Made by a program: the position numbers and the translations under genes. Below the pieces are notes generated by a model. It was not told the origin of the DNA, made no database searches, and was given only the letters and a program-made list of their open reading frames with translations. Source: a virus (lineage: Duplodnaviria > Caudoviricetes). From it: a stretch of DNA of 64,000 bases. Positions 1-7,510 of this stretch are shown piece by piece (within the stretch, counting starts at the first letter, position 1; each line of letters opens with the position of its first letter). The DNA is taken from positions 16,926 through 80,925 of IMG/VR virus record IMGVR_UViG_3300037466_001335, one strand, 5' to 3'.

Positions 1-70
1 GTGCTCGTTAGCTTCTCGCAGAAGCCTCGTCAGCCGTAAGGCTAACAGTCTCTAAGGTAGTAGAGACGAG
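1..70 (-). ncRNA. candidate structured RNA immediately 3' of tRNA-Gly (may continue beyond window)
   Basis: Three hairpins (gtctcta/tagagac, ttagcc/ggctga, gcttc/gaagc) closed by ctcgt/acgag; no ORF. Confidence 0.35.
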
Positions 71-143
71 AGCGGAATGTCAGGCTTGAACTGACGACAT
101 TCTGATTGGAAATCAGATGCTCTACCAACTGAGCTAATCCCGC
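71..143 (-). tRNA. trnG: tRNA-Gly(UCC)
   Basis: Reverse complement folds as a canonical cloverleaf: GCGGGAU/AUUCCGC acceptor, UCUGA-uuUCCaa-UCAGA anticodon arm, UUCAAGC T-loop, U73; CCA not encoded. Confidence 0.95.
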
Positions 144-149
144 ATTGTT

Positions 150-285
150 CTGGCCATAGTGGGCAGAGGCTGCTCATCCTCTCGGAGCCGTGAAGCACAC
201 GGTTTTATTGCCCAGCCAAGCTTAGTAAATGCAAGCTTCTGACAAAAACCGGCTCTACAGGCCGGATGTGGGTTGCTTGCGTAGA
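150..285 (-). ncRNA. candidate structured RNA with tRNA-like junction
   Basis: tgggca/tgccca stem enclosing ccgtg/cacgg and gagg/cctc hairpins; further aagctt/aagctt and ccggc/gccgg stems. Confidence 0.35.
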
Positions 286-360
286 TGGCTAATCCTCAAG
301 GAATCGAACCTTGTCCGTGCGAGGTTTTGGAGACCTGCTGCATACCATATGCTAGGACTA
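286..360 (-). tRNA. trnW: tRNA-Trp(CCA), atypical D arm and anticodon stem
   Basis: UAGUCCU/AGGAUUA acceptor, G73, encoded CCA, cuCCAaa loop, CAAGG-UUCGAUU-CCUUG T arm. Confidence 0.85.
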
Positions 361-361
361 G

Positions 362-535
362 TTGTAGGGGTGCTCCGTGCTGGGTTACTAGAACTCACGC
401 GAAGTGAGGGATGTTAATACCAGACTCCGAAGACTTCAGGGAGCGTCCTCCCATTTCTATAAAGTGCACTTTCGCGGCAAGAGCCGTCTCTGAAGACCGG
501 ATTCGGTTTACTCGTGCGTAGACGTTAAAACACTA
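362..535 (-). ncRNA. candidate ~170 nt structured RNA between tRNA-Thr and tRNA-Trp
   Basis: Long hairpin ctgg-tatta..ctcac-ttcgc-gtgag..tagta-ccag, gggag-gacg-ctccc hairpin, 12 bp palindrome aaagtgcacttt; no credible ORF. Confidence 0.4.
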
Positions 536-537
536 TT

Positions 538-609
538 TGCTGGATGTAGGACTCAAACCCACATTGTCTTTATTACAAGTAAAGTGCCTAATCTTTCAGC
601 CAATCCAGC
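538..609 (-). tRNA. trnT: tRNA-Thr(UGU)
   Basis: GCUGGAU/AUCCAGC acceptor, CUUUA-cuUGUaa-UAAAG anticodon arm, GUGGG-UUUGAGU-CCUAC T arm. Confidence 0.88.
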
Positions 610-619
610 AAGTAATGCT

Positions 620-858
620 CTAACTTTTAATTTTCAGGACGCCTCAACTGCTACAAAGCTGATGAGGAGGGGCACCTTCACTGTAGAGGAAGCGTCTTGA
701 AAACGGCCTCTTATGGAAGCCGAATGCCAATTCTGAAAGAGCTAAAGGCATGCTCTATAAGCTGTTCCTTCACTAGCATGCAGAAAGCTTCTAGGAGAGG
801 GTCTTGGCTAATTGGTGCACCTGATGTGGTCGTATTGTCAGTGCGTTCAATCTCAACA
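620..858 (-). ncRNA. candidate structured leader/ncRNA at 5' end of tRNA transcript
   Basis: Lies between a consensus promoter and tRNA-Thr; 9 bp stem tcaggacgc/gcgtcttga (634-700) with internal stems; no RBS-supported ORF. Confidence 0.4.
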
Positions 859-864
859 AAACCA

Positions 865-893
865 ATTATACACACCTTACCGCTTCTTGTCAA
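865..893 (-). promoter_or_regulatory. sigma70 promoter for tRNA cluster
   Basis: TTGACA-17-TATAAT on minus strand. Confidence 0.9.
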
Positions 894-919
894 ATCTTAT
901 TAACGCAGGCTCCAAAATA

Positions 920-948
920 TTGACAATAGGGGTATGCCACGGTATAAT
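920..948 (+). promoter_or_regulatory. sigma70 promoter
   Basis: TTGACA-17-TATAAT, divergent from the tRNA promoter. Confidence 0.9.
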
Positions 949-975
949 AGATTTTTAACTTGAAAGGAACGAGCA

Positions 976-1707
976 ATGACTGTGCATCTTGAACACATGT
1001 CCGATGAGGATATTTTTGAAAAATTTAAATCTACAACACGTCAAAACATGAAGCAATACTATAGAAAGTACGCTGACGACCAGACTATGTTGACTCGGCT
1101 GGACGTGGCAAAGGCAAAACTCCACGAATACAACTATATGCGTAAGTACGGGGCCAAGAAAGATATCCGGCAACGTGCAAACACCCTCTGGCAGAGTATG
1201 CTGTCTAGGTGCAACGAAGAACGTCAGCTTACACCTGATGGCGTGGCGTATACGGGCGTAACATATTCAGAAAATTTTGGTAATTTTGAGTACTTTATGA
1301 ACTGGTGCATAGGGCAAGTCGGCTTTACAGATAAAGACAGCAATGGATATTCCTTTGAACTTGATAAGGACATTGTATTGAGAGGAAATAAACAATACAA
1401 CGAAAACGTTTGTGTCTTTGTTCCAAAAGGGATAAATTTTTTCTTTGTTACTCGTGGTCGTAGAAGTAGTGGATTACCTGTAGGTGTGACGCGAGACAGG
1501 CATAGCGGAAAATATATCGCACAGATGAAATGCAAGGAGTTGGGAACTCAATACATAGGAAGTTTCGCAACACCAGAATCTGCAAGAGAAGCTTATAAAA
1601 AGTTCAGAAAAGATGCTGCAAATTCCCTTGCTGACAAATGGGAAGGTAAGCTTGACCCTCGCGTGATAATCTCTTTACGCAACTACGTTGAAAATAATGG
1701 AGATTAA
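976..1707 (+). CDS. putative homing endonuclease (HNH-like, AP2-like C-terminus)
   Basis: ELDKDIVLRGNKQYNENVCVFVPKGIN motif typical of phage free-standing endonucleases; GVTRDRHSGKYIAQ..IGSFATPESAREAY AP2-like tail. Confidence 0.7.
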   Translation: MTVHLEHMSDEDIFEKFKSTTRQNMKQYYRKYADDQTMLTRLDVAKAKLHEYNYMRKYGAKKDIRQRANTLWQSMLSRCNEERQLTPDGVAYTGVTYSENFGNFEYFMNWCIGQVGFTDKDSNGYSFELDKDIVLRGNKQYNENVCVFVPKGINFFFVTRGRRSSGLPVGVTRDRHSGKYIAQMKCKELGTQYIGSFATPESAREAYKKFRKDAANSLADKWEGKLDPRVIISLRNYVENNGD

Positions 1708-2078
1708 CCTAATTTGCTAACGTCGCCGAGGTCAACAACAGGCGTATCCCTAAATTCCGGGCTAATGTTGTCAAAATCTAACGCTGGAGCATCGTCATCC
1801 TCTTGTGCTGTGCTACCAGCACCTACCATACCCCGCAGCTTCACCTCTAGCAGAAGACGCTTCAACTCATCCTCATTGACATCCTTAGCCGAATCCGTGT
1901 AGAACTTCAACAGCTTTTCAGCAGCGATCATACGCACACGCTCATCTTCACTATCAAGACCCCTCTCAAGCACTTCGATAGCCTTCTTACTAATCTTCTT
2001 AAGATCACGAACAAGTTTGGCAAGCTCATGTGTCTTCTTGAACACAGCTTGCTCTTTAGTTGGTACAAGTTCACCCAT
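1704..2078 (-). CDS. hypothetical helical protein, possible terminase small subunit
   Basis: AGGAGG RBS before ATG at 2078, own promoter, same strand as tRNAs and virion genes; TerS identity is positional inference only. Confidence 0.4.
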   Translation of the reverse strand: MGELVPTKEQAVFKKTHELAKLVRDLKKISKKAIEVLERGLDSEDERVRMIAAEKLLKFYTDSAKDVNEDELKRLLLEVKLRGMVGAGSTAQEDDDAPALDFDNISPEFRDTPVVDLGDVSKLG

Positions 2079-2111
2079 GTGAACACCCTCCTTAAAATTC
2101 TTAACGAGCAA

Positions 2112-2140
2112 ATCTTAGCATATGAAAGATATCTTGTCAA
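2112..2140 (-). promoter_or_regulatory. sigma70 promoter
   Basis: TTGACA-17-TAAGAT. Confidence 0.75.
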
Positions 2141-2150
2141 TTTTAGGGGC

Positions 2151-2179
2151 TTGACAGACAGAATTGTTGGGTGTACTAT
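2151..2179 (+). promoter_or_regulatory. sigma70 promoter
   Basis: TTGACA-17-TACTAT. Confidence 0.8.
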
Positions 2180-2222
2180 CCACATCACTTGCCTGTCGCA
2201 AGCAACCAAACAGGAGGATAAA

Positions 2223-2381
2223 ATGTTGAACGATGTTAAAGTGTACTTCCACGAAGATGGTAAACTTGTTAAATACAATGTAGATAGGGTGGATTCTTAC
2301 AGCGAAGCCATCTCGGTAATCCGCACACAAGTTTATGGCGTACCGCTTACGCGCGCAGTGATGGCCCTGGTGAACAAATGA
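2223..2381 (+). CDS. hypothetical protein
   Basis: GGAGGA RBS, 52 aa. Confidence 0.7.
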   Translation: MLNDVKVYFHEDGKLVKYNVDRVDSYSEAISVIRTQVYGVPLTRAVMALVNK

Positions 2382-2548
2382 ACGACCTCGACCACATCCT
2401 GTACGAAGTGGAGCAACAAGAGCGCAACTTTGCTGACTTTGAAGACCTGCGCTTTGCAGAAATCTTCCTAACTGACAAAGAAGCAAAAAGTAAGAAAATT
2501 GCGCTGCATGTAGGGCGTACCCGCAACAAATCTAAACAACAATCTTAA
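2378..2548 (+). CDS. hypothetical protein
   Basis: ATGA overlap with upstream gene; 56 aa MNDLDHILYEVEQ... Confidence 0.65.
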   Translation: MNDLDHILYEVEQQERNFADFEDLRFAEIFLTDKEAKSKKIALHVGRTRNKSKQQS

Positions 2549-2557
2549 GGAGAAACA

Positions 2558-2884
2558 ATGAGCGACATCATCTCAACCGAAGTTAAAGAAGGTGCTACCG
2601 AGTACAAAACTATCGTCACCCCTAATTTCTACGAAATCGTAAACGAAGTGGTGAGCCACAAAGGATATGGCTGGGACATCGATCCTGATCGTGAGCCATT
2701 CTTCAGCTTCATCATGTATGAAGTGTATCTTATCCGCAACGCTAATACAATTGCTAAAGCTAAGCAACAGCTTGAGTCTGCTGAGAGCGGACGTGACGTG
2801 ATGACTAAAGAGAAACGTCAAGAAATCATGGCTAAGGCTCGTGCTGCTAAGAAGATTAATAAGGATGTGCAAGATGAAGGTTAA
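2558..2884 (+). CDS. hypothetical protein
   Basis: AGGAGA RBS, 108 aa. Confidence 0.8.
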   Translation: MSDIISTEVKEGATEYKTIVTPNFYEIVNEVVSHKGYGWDIDPDREPFFSFIMYEVYLIRNANTIAKAKQQLESAESGRDVMTKEKRQEIMAKARAAKKINKDVQDEG

Positions 2885-3074
2885 ATTTGCGAACGCGGAG
2901 GTGGATATTTGGAAGCTGCGCAAAGGTGTAGTACTAGAGTTTGCTTCTGAAATTGTGCATCTGTCCGGCGTAGTAAACCACGATAAAGGTATTGCGATCA
3001 TGCTTTCATACTGGGACCATGCCGAGAAAATGTGCGAACCTTCCTATGTCACATGGCTTGAACCACATGATTGA
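2874..3074 (+). CDS. hypothetical protein
   Basis: Overlapping start, operon context. Confidence 0.6.
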   Translation: MKVKFANAEVDIWKLRKGVVLEFASEIVHLSGVVNHDKGIAIMLSYWDHAEKMCEPSYVTWLEPHD

Positions 3075-3099
3075 CAGAAAGAAAGCCTAGTGCTATATT
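3071..3099 (+). promoter_or_regulatory. sigma70 promoter
   Basis: TTGACA-17-TATATT upstream of phoH. Confidence 0.75.
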
Positions 3100-3157
3100 G
3101 GAGTGTCTAACATCGCTGTTGGGCATTCCTATTAACATTTTTACAAGAGGATAATTA

Positions 3158-3937
3158 ATGTCCAACAATGCTAAGCGTTTTACACGAAAGCAAAAGACGG
3201 GTGAAAAGCCTGTAGTTGAGGTGGTTGCAGGAGAGGTTGTTGTTCCCGTGCAACAAAAGCAACTTACCGTCAAACCTGCTAATCCTCGGCAGAAAACTCT
3301 CCTTCAATATCTACAAGAAGGACGCCAAGTGGTGTTCGCCATTGGATCAGCGGGTACTGGCAAATCTTTCCTTGCTGCGTACCACGGCTCTGAACTTCTG
3401 CGAGCCAAGAAGATTGACAAGATTTTTCTTGTTCGTGCTAACGTTTCTACAGGTAAGAGTAACGGGGCATTGCCGGGCACTCTGGAAGAAAAACTGCTCC
3501 CGTTCTTCAAGCAGACGCTTGAGCATCTTGGCAAGTTTATGGGCAAAGGTTTCCTCGGCTACTGCTTGACGAGCAAGAAAGTGGAGATGCTGAGCGTTGA
3601 ACACATTCGTGGCATGAGCATCGAGAACGCGCTTGTCATTGTGGAGGAAAGTCAGAATCTTACGAAGGAAGAACTTGAGGCCATTCTTACCCGTATTGGT
3701 GATGGATGTCAGCTTGTACTGACGGGCGACCAGAAGCAGAACGACTTGAAGGGTAAGAGCGGGCTGATGGAAACTGTGGACCTTATCGACTACGTTGTTG
3801 GAGAGATGCCTGACTACCTGAGTGACGAAGATTTGCAATGCATGGCACAAAACATCGGTGTTGTTACGTTCACACCAGAAGATGTTGTTCGCTCTGGCCT
3901 GTGCCGAGCATTCGTCAAGATGTATTACCATAACTAA
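3158..3937 (+). CDS. phoH: PhoH-family ATPase
   Basis: Walker A GSAGTGKS, LPGTLEEKLLPF, HIRGMSI, IVEESQN, LTGDQKQND motifs. Confidence 0.93.
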   Translation: MSNNAKRFTRKQKTGEKPVVEVVAGEVVVPVQQKQLTVKPANPRQKTLLQYLQEGRQVVFAIGSAGTGKSFLAAYHGSELLRAKKIDKIFLVRANVSTGKSNGALPGTLEEKLLPFFKQTLEHLGKFMGKGFLGYCLTSKKVEMLSVEHIRGMSIENALVIVEESQNLTKEELEAILTRIGDGCQLVLTGDQKQNDLKGKSGLMETVDLIDYVVGEMPDYLSDEDLQCMAQNIGVVTFTPEDVVRSGLCRAFVKMYYHN

Positions 3938-3947
3938 GGAGCAACAC

Positions 3948-4595
3948 ATGGACAAGAAACAAATGGTTCGCTACAACGACGATAGCAACCAGTTCCCCAT
4001 CAGCTTTGAGCCACATCGCTCTGGCACCTACAACATCTACCTGTTCGGCGCTATCGAATGTCCTACACAATTCATCGGTGCTATTGAAGTGATGCGTATG
4101 GCTACTGAGAACGATACGATTGTTATCCACTTGCAGACCTGTGGCGGTTCTATTGACGCTACTGACACGTTCATCCAAGCTATGCGTGAATGCGAAGCAC
4201 CTATCGTTGTACGGGCATCTGGTGGTGTGCACAGCGCTGGCACGCTGATTCTTCTGGAAGCTGACCACTTTACGCTGTCTGAGAATTTTAGCAGCCTTAT
4301 CCACAATGGCTCCACTGGTGCAGCAGGTAAGTTCTCCGACTACAAGAGCGAAACAGCTTTCACTGCAAAGTGGTTTGAACGAGGTCTGCGCACAGCATAC
4401 GAAGGATTTCTTACGGAAGACGAGATTGATGACGTAATTAAGGGTGTGGACATGTGGTTAGATGCTGACGAGTGGATGCGTCGTGCACAAGCTCGTAATG
4501 AGTATGCAAAGCGCAAGATGGAAGAAGCTCAGCAACCTTCTAAGAAGCCTCGCACCAAGCGTATCAAGGCCGCGCAAGAACAACCTGTAGAATGA
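3948..4595 (+). CDS. clpP: ClpP-family peptidase
   Basis: IYLFGAI, IHLQTCGGS, VHSAGT (catalytic Ser), LIHN (His), DMWLDA (Asp). Confidence 0.85.
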   Translation: MDKKQMVRYNDDSNQFPISFEPHRSGTYNIYLFGAIECPTQFIGAIEVMRMATENDTIVIHLQTCGGSIDATDTFIQAMRECEAPIVVRASGGVHSAGTLILLEADHFTLSENFSSLIHNGSTGAAGKFSDYKSETAFTAKWFERGLRTAYEGFLTEDEIDDVIKGVDMWLDADEWMRRAQARNEYAKRKMEEAQQPSKKPRTKRIKAAQEQPVE

Positions 4596-4600
4596 TTTTT

Positions 4601-4630
4601 AGCCTCGCTTTGTGCGGGGCATTTTTATTT
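4601..4630 (+). terminator. intrinsic terminator
   Basis: gcctcgc-tttgt-gcggggc followed by T tract. Confidence 0.75.
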
Positions 4631-4641
4631 GTAGAAAACGC

Positions 4642-4670
4642 TTGCATTCTTACGATAGGTAAGCTACTAT
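4642..4670 (+). promoter_or_regulatory. sigma70 promoter
   Basis: TTGCAT-17-TACTAT. Confidence 0.7.
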
Positions 4671-4699
4671 AAAGCGTCAACACAAATTTAGGAGGGAAC

Positions 4700-4951
4700 A
4701 TGGAAATTAAACTTACGTACTTTAAACAGAGTGGCAAGTACTACACCTCTGGTAAGTACAACACAAACGTACCACCTCACGATGTGGGTACAGATCGTGC
4801 TATTGCAAATATGTATGCCATCGCTGATGAGGTGGAGTCTATGCGTTCTGCCAACAAGCTTCCTGGTTTGAATCACGGGGCGAGCTTTTTCATTCTGGTA
4901 GACTGTGAAGATGGCTTCCCTTGTCTGCTGCGTCCGGTGGGTGAGCAATGA
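4700..4951 (+). CDS. hypothetical protein
   Basis: AGGAGG RBS, 83 aa. Confidence 0.8.
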   Translation: MEIKLTYFKQSGKYYTSGKYNTNVPPHDVGTDRAIANMYAIADEVESMRSANKLPGLNHGASFFILVDCEDGFPCLLRPVGEQ

Positions 4952-5466
4952 ACTCCACATCCATCAGCCTTCTCAACGGAGGACACTTCGACTACGAAGC
5001 ACCTGAGCGTAGCCGTTACACCATTGAGGACATTGCTCGTGGGCTGTCCCACACAGCACGCTTCTCAGGGCAAACAGATCGTGTCTACACTGTCGCACAA
5101 CACAGCTACCTAGTAAGCAAGCTTGTACCGCCTGAACATGCCCTAGAAGGACTTCTGCACGATGGGACAGAGGCGTTCCTGTGCGACGTTCCTAGCCCCC
5201 TGAAACGTATGCTCCCAGGCTACATTGAGCTAGAGAGACGTGCAGAAGCTGACATGTGCAAGCGCTTTGGCATGAAGTTTCCCTTCCATCCAAGTATTAA
5301 GGAAGCTGACATTCGTGTCTTTCTTGCTGAACGTAGGGACATGCAGCCATGTGTCACAGAAGTTTGTTACAAGGGTTATGAGGCTTATCCTAATAAAATT
5401 ATTGCATGGGATAGCCACATGAGCTATATTTACTTTATGCGCAGATTTAATGAATTGACAAAATAA
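4948..5466 (+). CDS. HD-domain 5'-deoxynucleotidase (YfdR/YfbR-like)
   Basis: IEDIARGLS..RFSGQ..YTVAQHS, GLLHDGTEA, KEAD motifs. Confidence 0.85.
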   Translation: MNSTSISLLNGGHFDYEAPERSRYTIEDIARGLSHTARFSGQTDRVYTVAQHSYLVSKLVPPEHALEGLLHDGTEAFLCDVPSPLKRMLPGYIELERRAEADMCKRFGMKFPFHPSIKEADIRVFLAERRDMQPCVTEVCYKGYEAYPNKIIAWDSHMSYIYFMRRFNELTK

Positions 5467-5475
5467 GGAGAACTA

Positions 5476-6462
5476 ATGATTGTATTAAGCTTGTTTGATG
5501 GTATGTCTTGTGGTCGTATTGCTCTTGAACGTGCAGGTATTGAAGTGACTAAATACTTTTCCAGTGAGATTGATAAGCACGCTATCAAAGTTAGCAAAGC
5601 TAATTGGAGTGATGTGATTCATATTGGGGATGTTACTAAGGTGCGTTTTGAGGGTGGTGTGCTGTACACAGAGAATGGTGATTATGCCGTAGGCAACATT
5701 GATTTACTGATTGCAGGTAGTCCCTGTCAAGGTTTTTCAATGGCAGGCAAACAACTCGCTTTTGATGATGAACGAAGCATGTTGTATTTTGAGTTTGAGA
5801 GAATCAAAGATGAGGTCAATCCTTCTTACTTTTTGCTTGAGAACGTCAAAATGAAACAAGAATACAAGGATGTAATCACTGAACGACTAGGGGTGCTTCC
5901 CGTCGCAGTCAACTCAAACCTTGTGTCTGCGCAAAATCGATATCGCATTTATTGGTCAAACTTACCGATTGAGCAGCCTAAAGATAAAGGAATCGTATTA
6001 AAGGATGTTCTAGAGACTCTAGTAGACACCAAGTATCTTATCAAAGGTGGTAGGCTGGAATGGTTGAATAAGTTTGGTGATGTCAAGGAGAAAGATGGGT
6101 ATGTGGCTTTCAATCCAATTAAGGCTAAATGCTTGACGGTTCGGGCCGAACCGTCCTGGAACTGCACCTACATCGTACAATGGCCTCACGGTAGTAACTC
6201 TGGCGGGTTTCGAGCACTTGACGGTAAGACACCAGCACTTACCACGTCTGCTTGGGAGCACAACAATTTACTGCTGAAAGAGGGGACGGTAAGGAAGCTA
6301 ACACCTGTGGAGTGTGAACGCCTACAAACCGTACCAGACAATTACACTGCTCATGTGTCAGATAGCCAACGGTACAAGATGTTGGGAAACGGCTGGACAG
6401 TGGATGTTATCGCGCATATCTTTGAAGGTATTAAACAACAATCTGAAAAATTGGTTGCATAA
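5476..6462 (+). CDS. dcm: DNA cytosine-5 methyltransferase
   Basis: Motif I LSLFDG, motif IV GSPCQGFS, motif VI ENV, motif VIII QNRYR, motifs IX-X RKLTPVECERLQ..LGNGW. Confidence 0.95.
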   Translation: MIVLSLFDGMSCGRIALERAGIEVTKYFSSEIDKHAIKVSKANWSDVIHIGDVTKVRFEGGVLYTENGDYAVGNIDLLIAGSPCQGFSMAGKQLAFDDERSMLYFEFERIKDEVNPSYFLLENVKMKQEYKDVITERLGVLPVAVNSNLVSAQNRYRIYWSNLPIEQPKDKGIVLKDVLETLVDTKYLIKGGRLEWLNKFGDVKEKDGYVAFNPIKAKCLTVRAEPSWNCTYIVQWPHGSNSGGFRALDGKTPALTTSAWEHNNLLLKEGTVRKLTPVECERLQTVPDNYTAHVSDSQRYKMLGNGWTVDVIAHIFEGIKQQSEKLVA

Positions 6463-6732
6463 GGAGCTTACAAAATGAAAGATTTTCTGTATTGTGCCGC
6501 TGTTACGATTGTTATGCTGCTTGTTGGTATTGGGATTCTGCCGGATATGGTGGATGTATGAATTTCTATGTCATGTGTTTCATCTGCGGGTATATGATTG
6601 GGCAGACGTTTATTTATTGGTATTGTTAAGGAGGGTGTATGAAGATTTATGTTGTAATTGTAAAAGATGGCTCAGACACTTGGGCTGCTTGTGATTGGGC
6701 ACCGTTTACTATTGCGCTTGTAGGAGGGTGAT

Positions 6733-7002
6733 GTGGCAAGGAAGACAACACAAGAAGAAATTGACGAGGCAAATCGACTTCGTGCTGAAGGATTCACTAT
6801 GGAGGATGTTGCTGAGCGCCTTGGCAGGTCAACACCTTGGGTGTACAAACACACAGACAACACGGGTAAACGAGGTAAGACTGAGCACCTGACTCTGAAG
6901 CAGATTACAGTTGAGGAGAATAAGAAGCTGAAAGATGCTAAGAAGAAGCTTAGAGAAGTTACTTGCATTCCAGTTGTTTATGGAGGATATAACACAGTAT
7001 GA
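6733..7002 (+). CDS. HTH DNA-binding protein
   Basis: LRAEGFTMEDVAERLGRSTPWVYK helix-turn-helix. Confidence 0.75.
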   Translation: MARKTTQEEIDEANRLRAEGFTMEDVAERLGRSTPWVYKHTDNTGKRGKTEHLTLKQITVEENKKLKDAKKKLREVTCIPVVYGGYNTV

Positions 7003-7190
7003 CTAACGACATCATACGTTACGAGGTGAATGAACAAGGGGAGCTTCCTCTTTCTTATGGCAGGTATGTGAGGTTCGAGGATTATGAGGATAGGGTGCAG
7101 TGGCTTCTAGAGAAAGTTACGCGGCTTGAGACAAGATTGAGGGATTGTTACGATGATTACACTCACGAATACGAATTTTGGGATATGTGA
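6999..7190 (+). CDS. hypothetical protein
   Basis: Operon context, overlapping start/stop. Confidence 0.65.
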   Translation: MTNDIIRYEVNEQGELPLSYGRYVRFEDYEDRVQWLLEKVTRLETRLRDCYDDYTHEYEFWDM

Positions 7191-7363
7191 TGGAGATTAT
7201 TAAATATCATCGCAGAGATGGGAATATGGTTGTTGCAGAGGATGGCTTTTGGGTGAAGACTGATGATCATCTTGCCATTGTTGAGAAGCTGAAGGCGGAA
7301 ATTGAAGAAGCTTACGAACGAGGGTTCTTCAATGGCGCTTGTACAGGATATGGGCAGGGCTGA
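7190..7363 (+). CDS. hypothetical protein
   Basis: Start/stop overlap with upstream gene. Confidence 0.6.
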   Translation: MEIIKYHRRDGNMVVAEDGFWVKTDDHLAIVEKLKAEIEEAYERGFFNGACTGYGQG

Positions 7364-7434
7364 GTTGTAGCCGTCGCTCGCAGGCTCGCTAGGGGAAGCT
7401 CTGGTGGGCTTTATTTTGGTCTGGGTGCACAATG

Positions 7435-7463
7435 TTGACAAGATGCAATAACAATGCTATAAT
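7435..7463 (+). promoter_or_regulatory. sigma70 promoter
   Basis: TTGACA-17-TATAAT with extended -10 TG. Confidence 0.9.
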
Positions 7464-7510
7464 TCTCCTACTGTAAACGTCGTCTAAGAATAACGAAAGT
7501 GAGAGATAAT

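Noticed and set aside
659-700. Hammerhead ribozyme core CUGAUGAG (also CUGACGAG at 26-33 minus)
   Set aside because: No stem II followed by GAAA and no suitably placed cleavage triplet.
711-893. 60 aa ORF upstream of the tRNAs
   Set aside because: Its start lies in the -35 box of the promoter and it has no RBS.
4948-5466. DatZ of a 2-aminoadenine (Z) genome
   Set aside because: No PurZ in the window and the motifs fit the common YfdR-like family; cannot be excluded outside the window.
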